Shown here piece after piece: positions 49,296-62,553 of a DNA stretch of 64,000 nt. A program made the position numbers and the translations under genes. Under the pieces are notes generated by a model. The model was not told the origin of the DNA. It worked only from the letters and a program-made list of their open reading frames with translations, and did no database searches. The stretch comes from Tubulanus polymorphus (Eukaryota; Animalia; Nemertea). The stretch's first letter is position 1. The number at the start of each line of letters is the position of its first letter. The stretch covers positions 15,922,275 through 15,986,274 of the forward strand of contig NC_134032.1 in NCBI RefSeq assembly GCF_964204645.1, written 5' to 3'.

Positions 49296-52200
49296 GTGTG
49301 TAATTCTTCTGTTCAGGAAATGGCCCCATTATAGTATTAATTATTTCAATAATTGATCTGAGTTAGATCATTCTCGAACCCATCGTGTCCAAAATTATTC
49401 GACTTTAATCTGGATGTTTGCTGTTTGTCCTATTAGAATGTGTAGAGTTGAGGGTATACGGTGAGTGTACTGTAGTGTTAGTCAGTGTGGAGCTGTGGGT
49501 TTTTACTCTTGGCTCACGAGCAATCTGTATGTACCACAACTGACTGACTGTATCCCTGAGCGTACTTCTCATCCGTACCCAGCTTCTCTGCTGGCTCCCG
49601 TCGCCATGGTTACATCTATAAGATAACCTGCAGGGTAGGATGATAATCAGGAGAGCCCTGGGTTAACCCTTTATCTGCTACAACAGCAGCAGCAGTAGTA
49701 GTAAAGCCCTGGGTTAACCCTTTATCTGCTACAACAGCAGTAGTAAAGCCCTGGGTTAACCCTTTATCTCCTACAGCAGCAGCAGCAGTAGTAGTAAAGC
49801 CCTGGGTTAACCCTTTATCTCCTACTGCAGCAGTAGTAAAGCCCTGGGTTAACCCTTTATCTGCAGTAGCAGCAGCAGTAGTAAAGCCCTGGGTTAACCC
49901 TTTATCTCCTACAGTAGCAGTAGTAAACAGCAAAAAACATATCTGAAAATCTATAGCAGAAACTTTTAAATGACATGAAAAGCCTGGCTCAGTAAAAGTC
50001 GAATCAATTAGAAGCCTTCACTATTTGTTAGTGGTGTTGAACAAGAAGTGATAAGTGGGTCCAGGCCGGGGGGAATTAAATGGGCCCCCAGCAATAACAA
50101 ATTTAAGAACCTTAACAAATAGCAGGGGGGGTGGGTGTGAGGTCTTCCAATCTGTATCTGTATAATTTACATATCTAGATAAATTTTGAATTGTGCAGGA
50201 ATTAATCAGACTGACTTTTAGAGGAGTTGCCTGTAGTCCGCCCGTAGGTTGCCCGTAATCCGCCCGTAGGTTGCCCGTAGTCCACCCGTAGGTTGCCCGT
50301 AGTCCACCCGTAGGTTGCCCGTAGTCCGTGGTCAACCACCAGTCCGCCTGTAATCACTCCGTAGATGTGACCTGTTCACGGTCGTTTGTTACAACTGCCT
50401 CCATTGTTGCAGTGTTTCAGTGATGATACGACTCCGGTTCGTAGTAAATCTCTAGTTTCCCTTCGCCTCTTCCAGGTGGCGTTGGCTTCATCGCTATGGC
50501 GACGAAATCGTCGATAATGTCACCGCTGAGGAGGGAACGGAGAAATCACTCATCGTCATGGCAACAACAACAGAACCGCGACGGGGATGATGTTACTAAA
50601 CGAGCACTAGGTGGCGCTGTTTTTGATAAACCACGGGTAGACTGGTCATCTTGCAGGCCGCTAGATGGCGCTGTTGTTGATGGACGGTCATCTGGCAGGG
50701 CACTAGATGGCGCTGCGTTTGACGGACAGTCGTCTGGCAGATTCCCGTGTCCAACATGTGATAAAACGTTTAAACATAAATCTAATTTGTATCGACACGT
50801 CAGTGTTCACTCAGGGCGTAACGTTCACACGTGTCCGGTGTGCGCAAAAATATACTTCAGATCAGACCTGTTTAAATCACACCTTATTAATCATCACTCC
50901 TCCAAAACTACGCCCCCTCTTCCTCCGAGGAGGAGGTAACTCCTCATCCTCCTAAACTACACCCCCTCCTCCAAGGAGGTAACGCCTCCCGGACCCTGCC
51001 GTTCATTGATAGATTATTATTGAGATTAGAGTATGATATAAAGTCAAACTTTTGATAATTAGATATTTTGCGAAATAATAAATATGTATTGTGAAGTGTG
51101 ATTCATTGGTTTGATTTATTCCTTGGTGTAGAACTGGGTTCAGAACTGTGGAACTGGGTTCAGAACTGGGTTCAGAACTGTGGAACTGGGTTCAGAACTG
51201 TGGAACTGGGTTCAGAACTGTGGAACTGGGTTCAGAACTATGGAACTGGGTTCAGAACACTGTGGAACTGGGTTCAAAACTGTGGAAATGGGTTCAGAAC
51301 TGTGGAACTGGGTTCAGAACTGTAGAACTGGGTTCAGTACTGTGGAACTGAGTTCAGAACTGTGGAACTGGGTTCAAAACTGTAGAACTGGGTTCAGAAC
51401 AGTCGAACTGGGTTCAGAACTGTAGAACTGGGTTCAGAACTGTGGAACTGGGTTCAGAACTGTAGAACTGGGTTCAGTACTGTGGAACTGGGTTCAAAAC
51501 TGTGGAACTGGGTTCAGAACTGTGGAACTGGGTTCAGAACTGTGGAACTGAGTCCAGAACTGTGGAACTGGGTTCAGAACTGTAGAACTGGGTTCAGAAC
51601 TGTGGAACTGGGTTCAGAACTGTAGAACTGGGTTCAGTACTGTGGAACTGGGTTCAAAACTGTGGAACTGGGTTCAGAACTGTGGAACTGGGTTCAGAAC
51701 TGTGGAACTGGGTTCAGAACTGTGGAACTGGGTTCAGTACTGTGGAACTGGGTTCAAAACTGTAGAACTGGGTTCAGAACTGTGGAACTGGGTTCAGAAC
51801 TGTAGAACTGGGTTCAGAACTGTGGAACCGCATTCAGAGCTGTGAAAATGGATTCAGGATTGTGGAACTGGATGCTGAACTGTAGAACTGGGTTCAGAAC
51901 TGTGGAACCGCATTCAGAGCTGTGAAAATGGATTCAGGATTGTGGAACTGGATGCTGAACTGTAGAACTGGGTTCAGAACTGTGGAACCGCATTCAGAGC
52001 TGTGAAAATGGATTCAGGATTGTGGAACTGGATGCTGAACTGTGGGTGGAACTTTGTGTAGGGTTTATGGGTTTTGCTGGATGGAAATCTTTTAAATATT
52101 TTTTGTATGATTTCAGATGCGTGTGATGATGAGCCTGTCAGTGGTTGGCACGGTGATGAGTCTGTCAGTGGTTGGCACGGTGATGAGCCTGTCAGTGGTT

Positions 52201-52982
52201 GGCATGGTGACGTATATGTATTACCCCCGAGTGATTGTGAGGATGATACGATCGTTACAGGGGGCGCCACTGGTTTCAACTTTAAAATAGAATCGGTCGA
52301 GGGTAGTTACTACGACGACGGTGATGATGATGATGATGATGAAGATGATGATAGAGGAATCGGAGAATCACGATTCCTGCGTACCGATTCAGATGACGAG
52401 GTTATCGTCGTTATGCCTCCCTCCTCCGTTCAGCCTCATTCTCATTCATCTCGTAAATCGTCGACTCCTCGTAAAATCAATAAACACGGGTTTATACAGA
52501 GCGTTACCGCCGGCGACCATAACAATACGAGTAGCGTCGGCGGGGTCGTCGTCGGTAACGATTCGAACGAACAATGTCAGTCGATTTTCCCCGAGTTACC
52601 GCAGCAGTTCGTCGTCGGTGATTCTAGTCAACAATCGGAGCAGTTCGGAGACGTTTATTACGCGTCGTCGACGGCGACCGATCATCAGCGATCGCCGGGC
52701 GCGGATAAAAGTAAAAAACGGTTCGGATGCGATCAGTGTATGGCGACGTTCGCGAGTACCCGTAATCTGCGGCGTCATAAACTCATCCACACGGGAGTCC
52801 GTCCGTTTAAATGTGACTATTGCGATAAAGCTTATTGTCGTAGAGATCAACTGAAAATGCATATGACGAGTAATCATTTAGAACGTTTCGATGAGTCGAC
52901 TGACAATCAACAATCATCATCACGTCACATGCAGGACAATCATCAGCAGCAGCAGCAGCACGCCTTAAACGAGACTATTTGA
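46011..52982 (+). CDS. C2H2 zinc-finger protein: common exons 46011-46167 and 46540-47403, alternative terminal exons 50476-50939 or 52117-52982 (two fingers each)
   Basis: GCCGCCATG start and a phase-1 donor at 47403. Both downstream exons have phase-1 acceptors and their own stop codon. Fingers: [34 protein letters not shown] and [38 protein letters not shown]. Confidence 0.8.
46308..46460. mobile_element. MITE with ~30-bp TIRs and TTA TSD; longer sister copy at ~63262-63476
   Basis: tta-ggctaaaaaaaaattgataccttgtttctccgc ... gcggagaaacaaggtatcatttttgtttagcc-tta. Confidence 0.7.
47435..48000. repeat. 25-bp hairpin-forming minisatellite
   Basis: cagtccagttactggactaaacctg; contains the inverted repeat agtccagt/actggact. 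Confidence 0.95.
49198..49294. repeat. (TA)n microsatellite
   Basis: ~48 TA units. Confidence 0.98.
51130..52045. repeat. 20-bp minisatellite between the two alternative zinc-finger exons
   Basis: gaactgggttcagaactgtg. Confidence 0.95.
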
Positions 52983-53325
52983 ATACTTGAGTACTAGCCA
53001 TAGTTAACTCATGGTTTAAACACAAGACTATTTGAGTACTCGAGTACTAGCCATAGTTAAGTCATGTTATAAATACAAGACTATTTGAGTACTCGAGTAC
53101 TGGTCATAGTTTACTCATGGTTTAAACACAAGACTATTTGAATACTCGAGTACTAGCCATAGTTAAGTCATGTTATAAACACAAGACTATTTGAGTAATC
53201 GAGTAAACTATAGTTAAGGCATGTTATAAACACAAGACTATTTGAGTACTCGAGTACTGGTCATAGTTTATTCATGGTTTAAACAAGACTATTTGAATAC
53301 TCGAGTACTAGCCATAGTTTAGTCA
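52970..53325. repeat. ~53-bp tandem repeat whose first unit overlaps the stop codon of finger exon B
   Basis: agactatttga(a/g)tactcgagtactagccatagtt.. The first copy is GAG ACT ATT TGA. Confidence 0.85.
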
Positions 53326-53635
53326 TGTACACTGGTTATTGTATTCGATGAGTACCCATTCTGATAGTTGAGGTACTCTTACTCATTCTGTTAAATACCG
53401 ATTAACAGTTCTAAGAGTACCCCATCTCCCAAAATAGGTTTCATGCTTATGATATTAGGTATCCGTATTTCGTCTGTGGATTAATTTGTTCATCCCTCAG
53501 AATATTGAGTTTTGCCCAATTAAGAAATTCTTGAATGAAATTAGAATCAACTTTGTTAACTGATTTCAATTAACAGTCTCAGATCTACAGTAGACTGTAA
53601 GCAAGTAGAGTCCAGGGCACGTAATAAACAGAGGC

Positions 53636-54940
53636 ATTCTGCTCTGTGGCAAGCACAGTCTGGGGCACTCTACTCTGTGGCAAGCACAGTCTGGGGCACT
53701 CTGTTCTGTGGCAAGCGCAGTCTGGGGCACTCTGCTCTGTGGCAAGCGCAGTCTTGGGCACTCTGCTCTGTGGCAACCACAGTCTGGGGCACTCTGCTCT
53801 GTGGCAAACACAGTCTGGGGCACTGCTCTGTGGCAAGCACTGTCTGGGGCACTCTGCTCTGTGGCAAACACAGTCTGGGGCACTCTGCTCTGTGGTAAAC
53901 ACAGTCTGGGGCACTCTGCTCTGTGGCAAGCACAGTCTGGGGCACTCTACTCTGTGGCAAGCACAGTCTGGGGCACTCTGCTCTGTGGCAAGCACAGTCT
54001 GGGGCACTCTGCTCTGTGGCAAGCACAGTCTGGGGCACTCTGCTCTGTGGTAAGCACAGTCTGGGGCACTCTGCTCTGTGGTAAGCACAGTCTGGGGCAC
54101 TCTGCTCTGTGGTAAGCACAGTCTGGGGCACTCTGCTCTGTGGCAAACACAGTCTGGGGCACTCTGCTCTGTGGCAAACACAGTCTGGGGCACTGTGCTC
54201 TGTGGCAAACGCAGTCTGGGGCACTCTGCTCTGTGGCAAACACAGTCCGCAGCACGTGATATCCAGTGGTTATCATACAGTCTGGGGCACTCTGCTCTGT
54301 GGCAAACACAGTCTGGGGCACTCTGCTCTGTGGTAAGCACAGTCTGGGGCACTCTGCTCTGTGGTAAGCACAGTCTGGGGCACTCTGCTCTGTGGCAAAC
54401 ACAGTCTGGGGCACTCTACTCTGTGGTAAGCACAGTCTGGGGCACTCTGCTCTGTGGCAAACACAGTCCGCAGCACGTGATATCCAGTGGTTATCATACA
54501 GTCTGGGGCACTCTGCTCTGTGGCAAACACAGTCTGGGGCACTCTGCTCTGTGGTAAGCACAGTCTGGGGCACTCTGCTCTGTGGTAAGCACAGTCTGGG
54601 GCACTCTGCTCTGTGGCAAACACAGTCTGGGGCACTCTGCTCTGTGGCAAACACAGTCCGGGGCACTCTGCTCTGTGGCAAACACAGTCTGGGGCACTCT
54701 ACTCTGTGGTAAGCACAGTCTGGGGCACTCTGCTCTGTGGCAAACGCAGTCTGGGGCACTCTGCTCTGTGGCAAACGCAGTCTGGGGCACTCTGCTCTGT
54801 GGCAAACACAGTCTGGGGCACTCTGCTCTGTGGTAAGCACAGTCTGGGGCACTCTGCTCTGTGGTAAGCGCAGTCTGGGGCACTCTACTCTGTGGCAAAC
54901 ACAGTCCGCGGCACGTGATATCCAGTGGTTATCATACAGT
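53636..54940. repeat. 31-bp minisatellite with three inserted cacgtgatatccagtggttatcata segments
   Basis: ctctgtggcaa(a/g)cacagtctggggcactctg. Confidence 0.95.
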
Positions 54941-55894
54941 CTACTCTTTTGCTTATTATTCATTCATTGTTCTTTATTTAATTCCGATGAAATATGTTAA
55001 ATAATTGTCTCAAACCAGTTGAAATTTGAAAAACAAACTTTACTCAAACACATCAGGGGCTGGTTGCATAGTCATGGCTTAGACTTAAGACTAGTCGAAG
55101 ACCAACTTTGTTCTATAGCCAATCCAACAATTTAAGACCGGTCTTATGATTTAAGACCATTTTTAGACTTAAGTCATGACTGTGCAACTGGCCCCTGATC
55201 TATTTATGTTATTAGTAAAAGAAAAAATATCCACAATTCAGATTGATTTTCGTACGCTTCGCGGATGCCCTTGACCAGCTTTAAAAATACAACAAACAAC
55301 TTGAATATTTCTTCGACCGTTTAAGTTTAGTTTCGGTTGTCATAATTTTCAGAAGCATAATTGTATAAATCTTGATTAACAAGAATTTTGAAGAAACTTG
55401 TGGTAGTAACAACCTGCGTATATCTGGTATGATTTGTTGTTTTTTATGTTACGGTGCTTCAATGCATTTAAATTATTATTCTAATATTGTAACTGGGCAG
55501 AGTCTGATGATGTCATCGCGTTCGAAACTTGAGTGAGTTGACAATATTAATCTGCCTTAACTCGCAAATTCTAATCAATGAAAGCAAATGTAAATCAATT
55601 TAATTATCATTATTATTAATATTATTATTATTATTATCATTGTACTGTATTGAATAAGTCTGAAAAATTAGTCGTATTTCCTGATGAATTTCTAATGAAT
55701 TATTTGCTGGATGATGACTGTCATATTAAACTCTGTCTCAAAATTATTGTCTAATACCACTTAGGTGCATTATCTGTGCAGAGTTGCTAGTAGTCTCCGT
55801 TCAGTCTGTGCTAGTAGTCTTTGTTCAGATCTGGTTTTTGAGCTTATCCGACCTGGCTACTGGATGTTTTGCATGACCCTGTCGTTCATTTAGA

Positions 55895-55930
<36 letters not shown>

Positions 55931-57685
55931 AATAGGTTAAATTCTATTTTATGAATTGCATATAAAGATTGTAAGTAGATTGTTGTGCATGGATCGATAT
56001 TATTACTTTCATAATGATATTAAGTAAGTAAAAAACAGCAGTACCTTTTAATAAAAATAGGTGGCGTACGTGTATGTGTGTGAGTATCCGGAGATTATTG
56101 AATCAGTTCTGTTAGATAATAATCACTCTGATATTCAGATAAATATTATTGAAATCTTTTTGTCATTTTGAGTCGCATTCAGTATTTGCAATTCACATAA
56201 TTGTAAGTCTTCATTTTGGATAAGTCGTCAAAACGTCCTGACTGATGGCTTGAGCTGTGAGTCCATTGTATCTTTGCGTCAAATTTGATGATCGAACTGT
56301 GTCCAGTGTCAAGGGCGGATCCAGATATTTTGCGTGGCCTCAAAATTGTTAGGAAATTTAAAAAAAAGAATTTTATAAGAAAATATGAATTATCTGTCAC
56401 ATAGCCTTGGAGAACTCCAAAATATCAAATATCATTGGGAAGCCGTTCGTGATTACTTTTATGCCCTTCAATACCCTGGTCCCCCACCTTCCAAAAATCC
56501 TGGCTCCGCCCTTGAGTTTGTTCAGCTTTGTTGCTCATCTTGTTGATTGCAAAGATATTGATACAATATTTACCTAAAAACTAAACCGGGTTATTTTTGT
56601 TTTGAAATATGAGTTTGTGATGTGTAGGGGTGTGTGTGTGCGTGTGTGTGTGCGTGTGTGTGTGCGTGCAGGTGTTATCAGAAAATTTGAGAAGAAAAAA
56701 ATAATAAATCGACCCATTGTGGTATGAATAGGTAAAATAATGAGGTGTTGTGTTCGTAGACTCGAGGATCGTGGTTCCCACAGAACCACCGGGGGGAACC
56801 ACAGAACCACCGGGTCGAACCACCGGGAATTCGGGAAAAACTTGGAAATTTTGAGATAATGATTCCCAGTTTGGAAATATTTGGAAAAAAATTTCCTCAA
56901 ATCAGGGAAAATATTTGGAAAATTCATTTACATTTCACATATTGCATTTGATATTTCAGCAATTTCCCATTAAAATCACCTTTATTAACGAGTCGCCACT
57001 AACATGTTGACTGTAGAATGATGATATCTATTAATTTTTATGAAGTCCCGATTTCCCATTTTGGAAAATTGAAAAATCACCGATCATGAAGTACTTTGGA
57101 AAAATCCTGGGTGACACTGTTGGAACCATGGAGGATGTTTTTGAGGATACCACTGTCATTGATTCATTGACTCGCACTCGCTTGTTAACCAAGAACCGGA
57201 TAATTAACAACATGAAATTGGTGGCTGATTTCCTAAAATGAATCCAAAAACATGATCAGTCCTTGAATAAGGGCGATTCAGGACATCGGAAAACGCGATA
57301 ATAGTTCACGTGTTCGCCGCCAATGGTTTATAGAGGGGCAGCACTTGACGGTCAGAATCTGACCTACCTATATTCCAACTGTGGCACGCGAGTAACAACG
57401 TATACATCATTCCACGCTATTTTAGACGTCATTTGTATTTGTATGTTATTTCCCGGCATCGGTTTAACTAGATTTTAGCAGCATTGGCGATATGATAAAA
57501 GAAAGGAACATTTTGCAAACTTCTCACAATAAACATACATTTGCAGTTGTGTTTCGTGGAGCTGATTTATTGCATCCCTCAGACCTCATGTTCCATGGAG
57601 CCTCCCTTAATGAATGTAAAATACAAGTACAAATAAACTTTATTGAACAAAGGGTGACAAGCTAGCTGTCATTATCAGTAAAATA

Positions 57686-60600
57686 ATGAGTATTAGAAGT
57701 CGAAGTGATGTTTGGTTGTTCGCTCATCAGTCGATGGAGAGTCTGGCAAACAGTATAGCGGACAGGTGTCAGGATGACACATTCAAACTATCCGACGAAT
57801 CCACTGCCAAAAGACAGGTCAAACCACCAACTAGACCCCCGGCGGCCGGCTATCCCCCTCCCCACACACAGCTGTTTAATTACTGCACTATCAATAAGTG
57901 CTCTTAGCTTTATCTTTATCGAATTTTAAGCTTTTTGCCAAAATCTTTGCCGAAAAAAATGCCTGTGTAAGGCGTTGAACAAGGCTACAGTCTACTAGAT
58001 CTGCGACTCACGTAGTGGACCTCGCTGAAGCCGTGGATGTGGTTAGTCAGTACCCGCCTTTACCATGGAGCAGTCACCAGTTCACTGGTACTGAAACTAC
58101 TTTAAACCCTCAGAATCCCATAAAAACAGCGCCTAGGATACCGGTGCTAAGGGGCGGGGGCAGTGGGTATGAGGCCCCCAATAACCGTTCTTTTATCTTG
58201 TATCCTTGGCCCCGGGGGTTTGGGCTCGTTTTCTGGCCGGAATACAGGTTGAAGATTAGACGATTGTGTTTTACAGGAATACGTGAGGCAGCTATCAGAA
58301 CATCGGTCCACGACGAAACGATCGTTAGAACTTAAAACCACGATTCAATGGAAGAAATTTCCCGACGGTTTTCCAAATTTATTCATCGAAGATGTTAAAC
58401 AAATGGCTGGCAAAGATGGTACGCATGCAACGTTTGATTGGTTCATCGGTTTTAGACACAGTTCTGCTGTTATGAATCCAGGGGCTGCAGTTGCTCAAAA
58501 GTTCGAGTTAACCATTGTATAGTTGACAATTAAAAGTTCATTGTTACTACAATGGTTATCTTTAACCAACTTTTCAGCAACTGCAGCCCTAGTTCCACGG
58601 TTATGAATCCATTTCCACATTTAAGCTGTGAATCTGGGCCTAGTTTCATAGACCGAGTATCAAAGTTATCCCTAGGGGTAAATCCTCAATCTGGGTGACA
58701 ACCACCATAGTTACAATGAGAAACCATGGTTATAACTGACAAATTTCAAAATGTTCCCAGGGAATAATCTTTAACGCTGACACTTTTTTCCGTGTAATGT
58801 TTTAGGATACTGTGATATTTTTCAGTTTTATTTCTGGCTAGTTTCCACACACCGGAGGTGATATTTCAACAGTTGTCCGTCCTGTATGCGATACCAAAGT
58901 AAGTCCTGTCGGCAGCTGGTGTCCGGTCTGTTGTAAAGGGCTCTTCGGGTTAAATGTTTTAGTGTTTTTGAATATATTGTAGATATCTGGCGAGGTCGTT
59001 TACTGTAATACTGCCGTATTTCCCAACTGGTACAATGGAACGAGTCGATACCGAAGGACAAATCGCTACTGCTAAGGTAACGTATGGTAGCTCATCGGTA
59101 ACAGAGTTTTAAAACATTCAAAATAAACTGCTTCAGTTAAAATCAGCCGAGAACTTCATAGAACTAGATACAGGACACAGTTTCACAAAAAGGATTAAAA
59201 AAGGCCTTAATCGATTTAAGAAGTAAACCTTTTTGTGAAACTGGGCCCAGAGGTTTAATTCCAGTTAAAATCAAAACTCTCTTCTTGCCTCAATCTGTTT
59301 GGGTCCCCACAGTTTAGTGAAAGTTGTAATTCATGTTCAATTCTTAGTTAATTATGAGTCAAATTTTAATACCGCGATCCATCTCTTCAACTGATTGAGT
59401 TCATTTTTGACTTAAGATCAGTTCTTTTTTCATTGGTTTAACTCAAATCAACAAAACAACTGTGGAACTGGATCCTGGTGCAGTCAGAGGCTGCAGTTGC
59501 TGAAAGGTTGTTTAGAGTTAACCAGTGGGTATTTGACATAGTGACAATTAAAATTTCATTGTTACAGGGGAATTTATCCGCTGGTTATCTTTAACCCAAT
59601 TTTTGAGCAATTGCAGCCCCTGTATTATAGATATATAACCAGGTTTTTCTGGACTGATTTATTTCAGACATTAGCGACAATACTATCGGCGATACCGATG
59701 ACATCACGAGGTCCGGCTCAGATCATGGTGTTCGATATTCACGCTTTACAAGAGCGATTCTACTTCTCGGAAACCGTCATTCCAAGGTCAGTCGGTCAGC
59801 GAACGACTCCTCACAGTCGCAGCGTATAAATCTGGTTGCTTGGCTACCTTTGATTATATATCGTAAAAGTCCTCCGTGATAATGCCATTGTTGGGATCCA
59901 TGAAAAACAAAGCGTTATGATGAATTTGGCAGTGTTATAAATAATGGTATTTATACTGAATTTGAATTTGATCGAGCAAATTTGTTCTCTGACGTTAAGC
60001 GAGCGGTGGTATAAAACAAGGGGTCCAGGGACGCCGCGCCTGCTCGGGAAAGTTGTTTCAAATTCTCAACAATCTGACAATTTCAATATTCAACGCCCCC
60101 TGGTGACCATATACAAAATAAAATATTGACGTTAAGCGAGCGATGGTATTAAACAAGGGGTCCAGGGACGCCGCGCCCGCTTGGGAAATTTGTTTCAAAT
60201 TCTCAACAATCTAACAATTTCAATATTCAACGCCCCCTGGTGACCATATACAAAAAAAAAATATTGACGTTAAGCGAGAAGTGGTATTAAACAAGGGGTC
60301 CAGGGACACCGCACCTGCTCGGGAAAGTGGTTTCCAATTCGCAACAATCTAACAATTTCAATATTCAACGCCCCCTGGTGACCATATACCAAAAAAAAAA
60401 TATTGACGTTAAGCAAGCAGTGGTATTAAATAGATTGTAGGGTTATAACGTATTGTAACTGTGCATCTGCGATTGTTGATTGTTTGTAGACTTGAGACGG
60501 CGATTCCGTTGTTACACCGAGAGGTCTCGACCCGTCCGGAGATTAACGGTAATATCGCATACGCGTTTCCCGACGACGGAGCGTTCAAACGATTTCATCA

Positions 60601-61689
60601 TTTTTTTCCCGAATCGCAGACGATAATTTGCACGAAAATCCGGGACGGCAACAAACGCATCGTTAAAATCAAAGACGGTGAGTTTAATTCATCGCCGTGG
60701 TTACCGTACGGGTTAGTAGCCGTGGTAACGTTGTGAATTGTTGTCGTTGCAGGTCCGGATCCGGCTGGTTTAAACGTGATCATCATAGACGACCTCATTC
60801 AAACTGGCGGAACTATGAAAAACTGTGGCAAGGTAATTTATTAGATAGCCGTTTAAATTTCAGTGTTTAAAGCCCGACGCTAACGACAGGAGACAGAAAC
60901 ATAATTCCTGTTTCTTATTAATACATGGGGTGCAGAGAAATCGTGTTTCAGTGTTTCCTGCGTCAAGTGGACTGGGCTTTAGTTGGTAAAATATGGACAG
61001 AGTCCTGGGGCCAGTTGCTCAAAGGTTAGTTAAAGATAACCGGCGGATAAATTCCCCTGTTACAATGCAATTCTAATTGTCACTATGTCAACTAAAACTG
61101 GTTAACTCTAACCAACTTTTGAGCAACAGCAGCGCCGGGTTTTGTTTCTGTGATTGCTGAAAGTGTTTAGAGTCTCTGTTTAGAATAGATGTCTGTCTCC
61201 AAGGAATCCCCCTATGACATCATCAAATATCCTACAGATAGAACAGATATCTGCGACAAGGAATCCCCCTATGACATCATCGAAATTGTCTAGTGATTTA
61301 ATGCGAAGCCTCCTTTAGGAAAAGATGTCTGCATCCATAAATCCCCCTATGACATCATCAAATTGTGTACTAGTGATTAAATGCGAAGCCTCCTTTAGGA
61401 AAAGATGTCTGCCTCCATAAATCCCGGTGTGTATATATTTCAGGCTGTGTTGGATCGTGGAGCGAAGTCAGTGAGCGCGTTCGTAACTCACGCTGTTTTC
61501 CCGAATGAATCGTGGAAACGATTCACTACGGAATCGAACACCGGAGCAGACGCCGTGAAGTTCGATAATTTCTGGATCACCGATTCGATTCCGCATGCCG
61601 CGGAAATCTCGAAACATCCTCCGTTTAAATTACTGTCGCTAGGAGACGTCATCGCTGATATTCTACTCGGATACGACTTATTACGATAA
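57686..61689 (+). CDS. Ribose-phosphate pyrophosphokinase (PRPP synthetase), class II / plant PRS3-PRS4-like; exons ~57686-57817, 58277-58418, 58826-58898, 58983-59076, 59668-59786, 60491-60677, 60753-60832, 61445-61689
   Basis: IQWKKFPDGFPNLFI, FLASFHTPEVIFQQLSVLYAIP, LPYFPTGTMERVDTEGQIATA, FDIHALQERFYFS, AFPDDGAFKRF, ICTKIRDGNKR, PRPP-binding motif VIIIDDLIQTGGT, VSAFVTHAVFP, FWITDS. Confidence 0.93.
59990..60430. repeat. ~137-bp tandem repeat x3, each copy with a CTCF-like motif
   Basis: tgacgttaagcgag...caacgccccctggtgacc. Confidence 0.9.
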
Positions 61690-61737
61690 ACAACAAACAA
61701 CAATCTCTGTTTACAGTCAAACTTGTATTGTTACTAA

Positions 61738-62125
61738 GTCGTAAGTCGTCATTTAGGATAAGTCGTCACATGACTGAAGTCATCTTTATTTTTGAGCCTC
61801 AATAAACTGAATTTCTAATTCAATTAACTAAGTGTAAGTCATCATTTGGATAAGTCATCACATTACTGAAGTCATCTCTATTTTTGAGTCCCAATTTCTA
61901 TTTCTAATTCAATTTACTAAGTGTAGGTCATCATTTGGATAAGTCATCACATTACTGAAGTCATCTCTATTTTTGAGTCTCAATTTGTATTTCTAATTCT
62001 ATTTACTAGGTTTAAGTCATCATTTGGACAAGTCGTCACATTACTGAAGTCATCTCTATTTTTGAGTCTCAATTTTCCATTTCTAATTCAGTTTATTAAG
62101 TGTAAGTCGTCATTTAGGATAAGTC
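61738..62125. repeat. ~90-bp tandem repeat downstream of the PRPP synthetase stop
   Basis: taagtcatcatttggataagtcatcacattactgaagtcatctctatttttgag.. Confidence 0.88.
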
Positions 62126-62293
62126 AACATAATGATAATTGCAACGACTTAAGCAACGAGTTTTAGACTGCTGTATATTAAGTTGGATAGTGCAATTAAT
62201 AAAATTAAGTGTAAAATATATGTCGCCCTTTAATTGGGGAAAATGAGTGTAAATCATGTAATAGAACCAGATTCTATGTAGTCTGAATACCAG

Positions 62294-62553
62294 GGCCCAG
62301 TTTCACGAAAAAGTTTAACTCAAATTTTTGGTGTAATTGCCATTGGTTACTTCATGTTTTCAATGAGGACAACAATTCAAACTAAACCATTTTAGGCTTA
62401 AACTTTTTCGTGAAACTCGGCCCAGGGGTCGATTGCTCAAAAGTTGGTTAGAGTTAACCAGTGGATAGTTGATATGGTGACAGTTGAAATTTCATTGTTA
62501 CTATGGTATTTAACGGCCGGTTATCTTTAACCAACTTTTCAGCAACTGGCCCC
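62294..62553. mobile_element. Two adjacent ~130-bp PIF/Harbinger-like MITEs. Family A also at ~13822-13951, ~63858-64000 and as fragments; family B also at ~58480-58590, 59488-59620, 61007-61135, 42370-42495
   Basis: Family A TIR gggcccagtttcacgaaaaagttta; family B TIR gggg(c/t)cagttgctcaaaagttggtta. Several dispersed copies in both orientations. The superfamily assignment is an inference from the GGGCC-type ends. Confidence 0.65.

Noticed and set aside
49616-49933. 105-aa [11 protein letters not shown] repeat ORF as another cassette exon
   Set aside because: It is on the opposite strand to the C2H2 gene and is a simple tandem repeat.
53566-55000. Cys/His-rich 'keratin-associated or zinc-finger' ORFs on both strands
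   Set aside because: 31-bp minisatellite with no splice or start context.
55504-55535. Possible hammerhead (ctgatga...gaaac)
   Set aside because: Helix II and helix I cannot pair convincingly.
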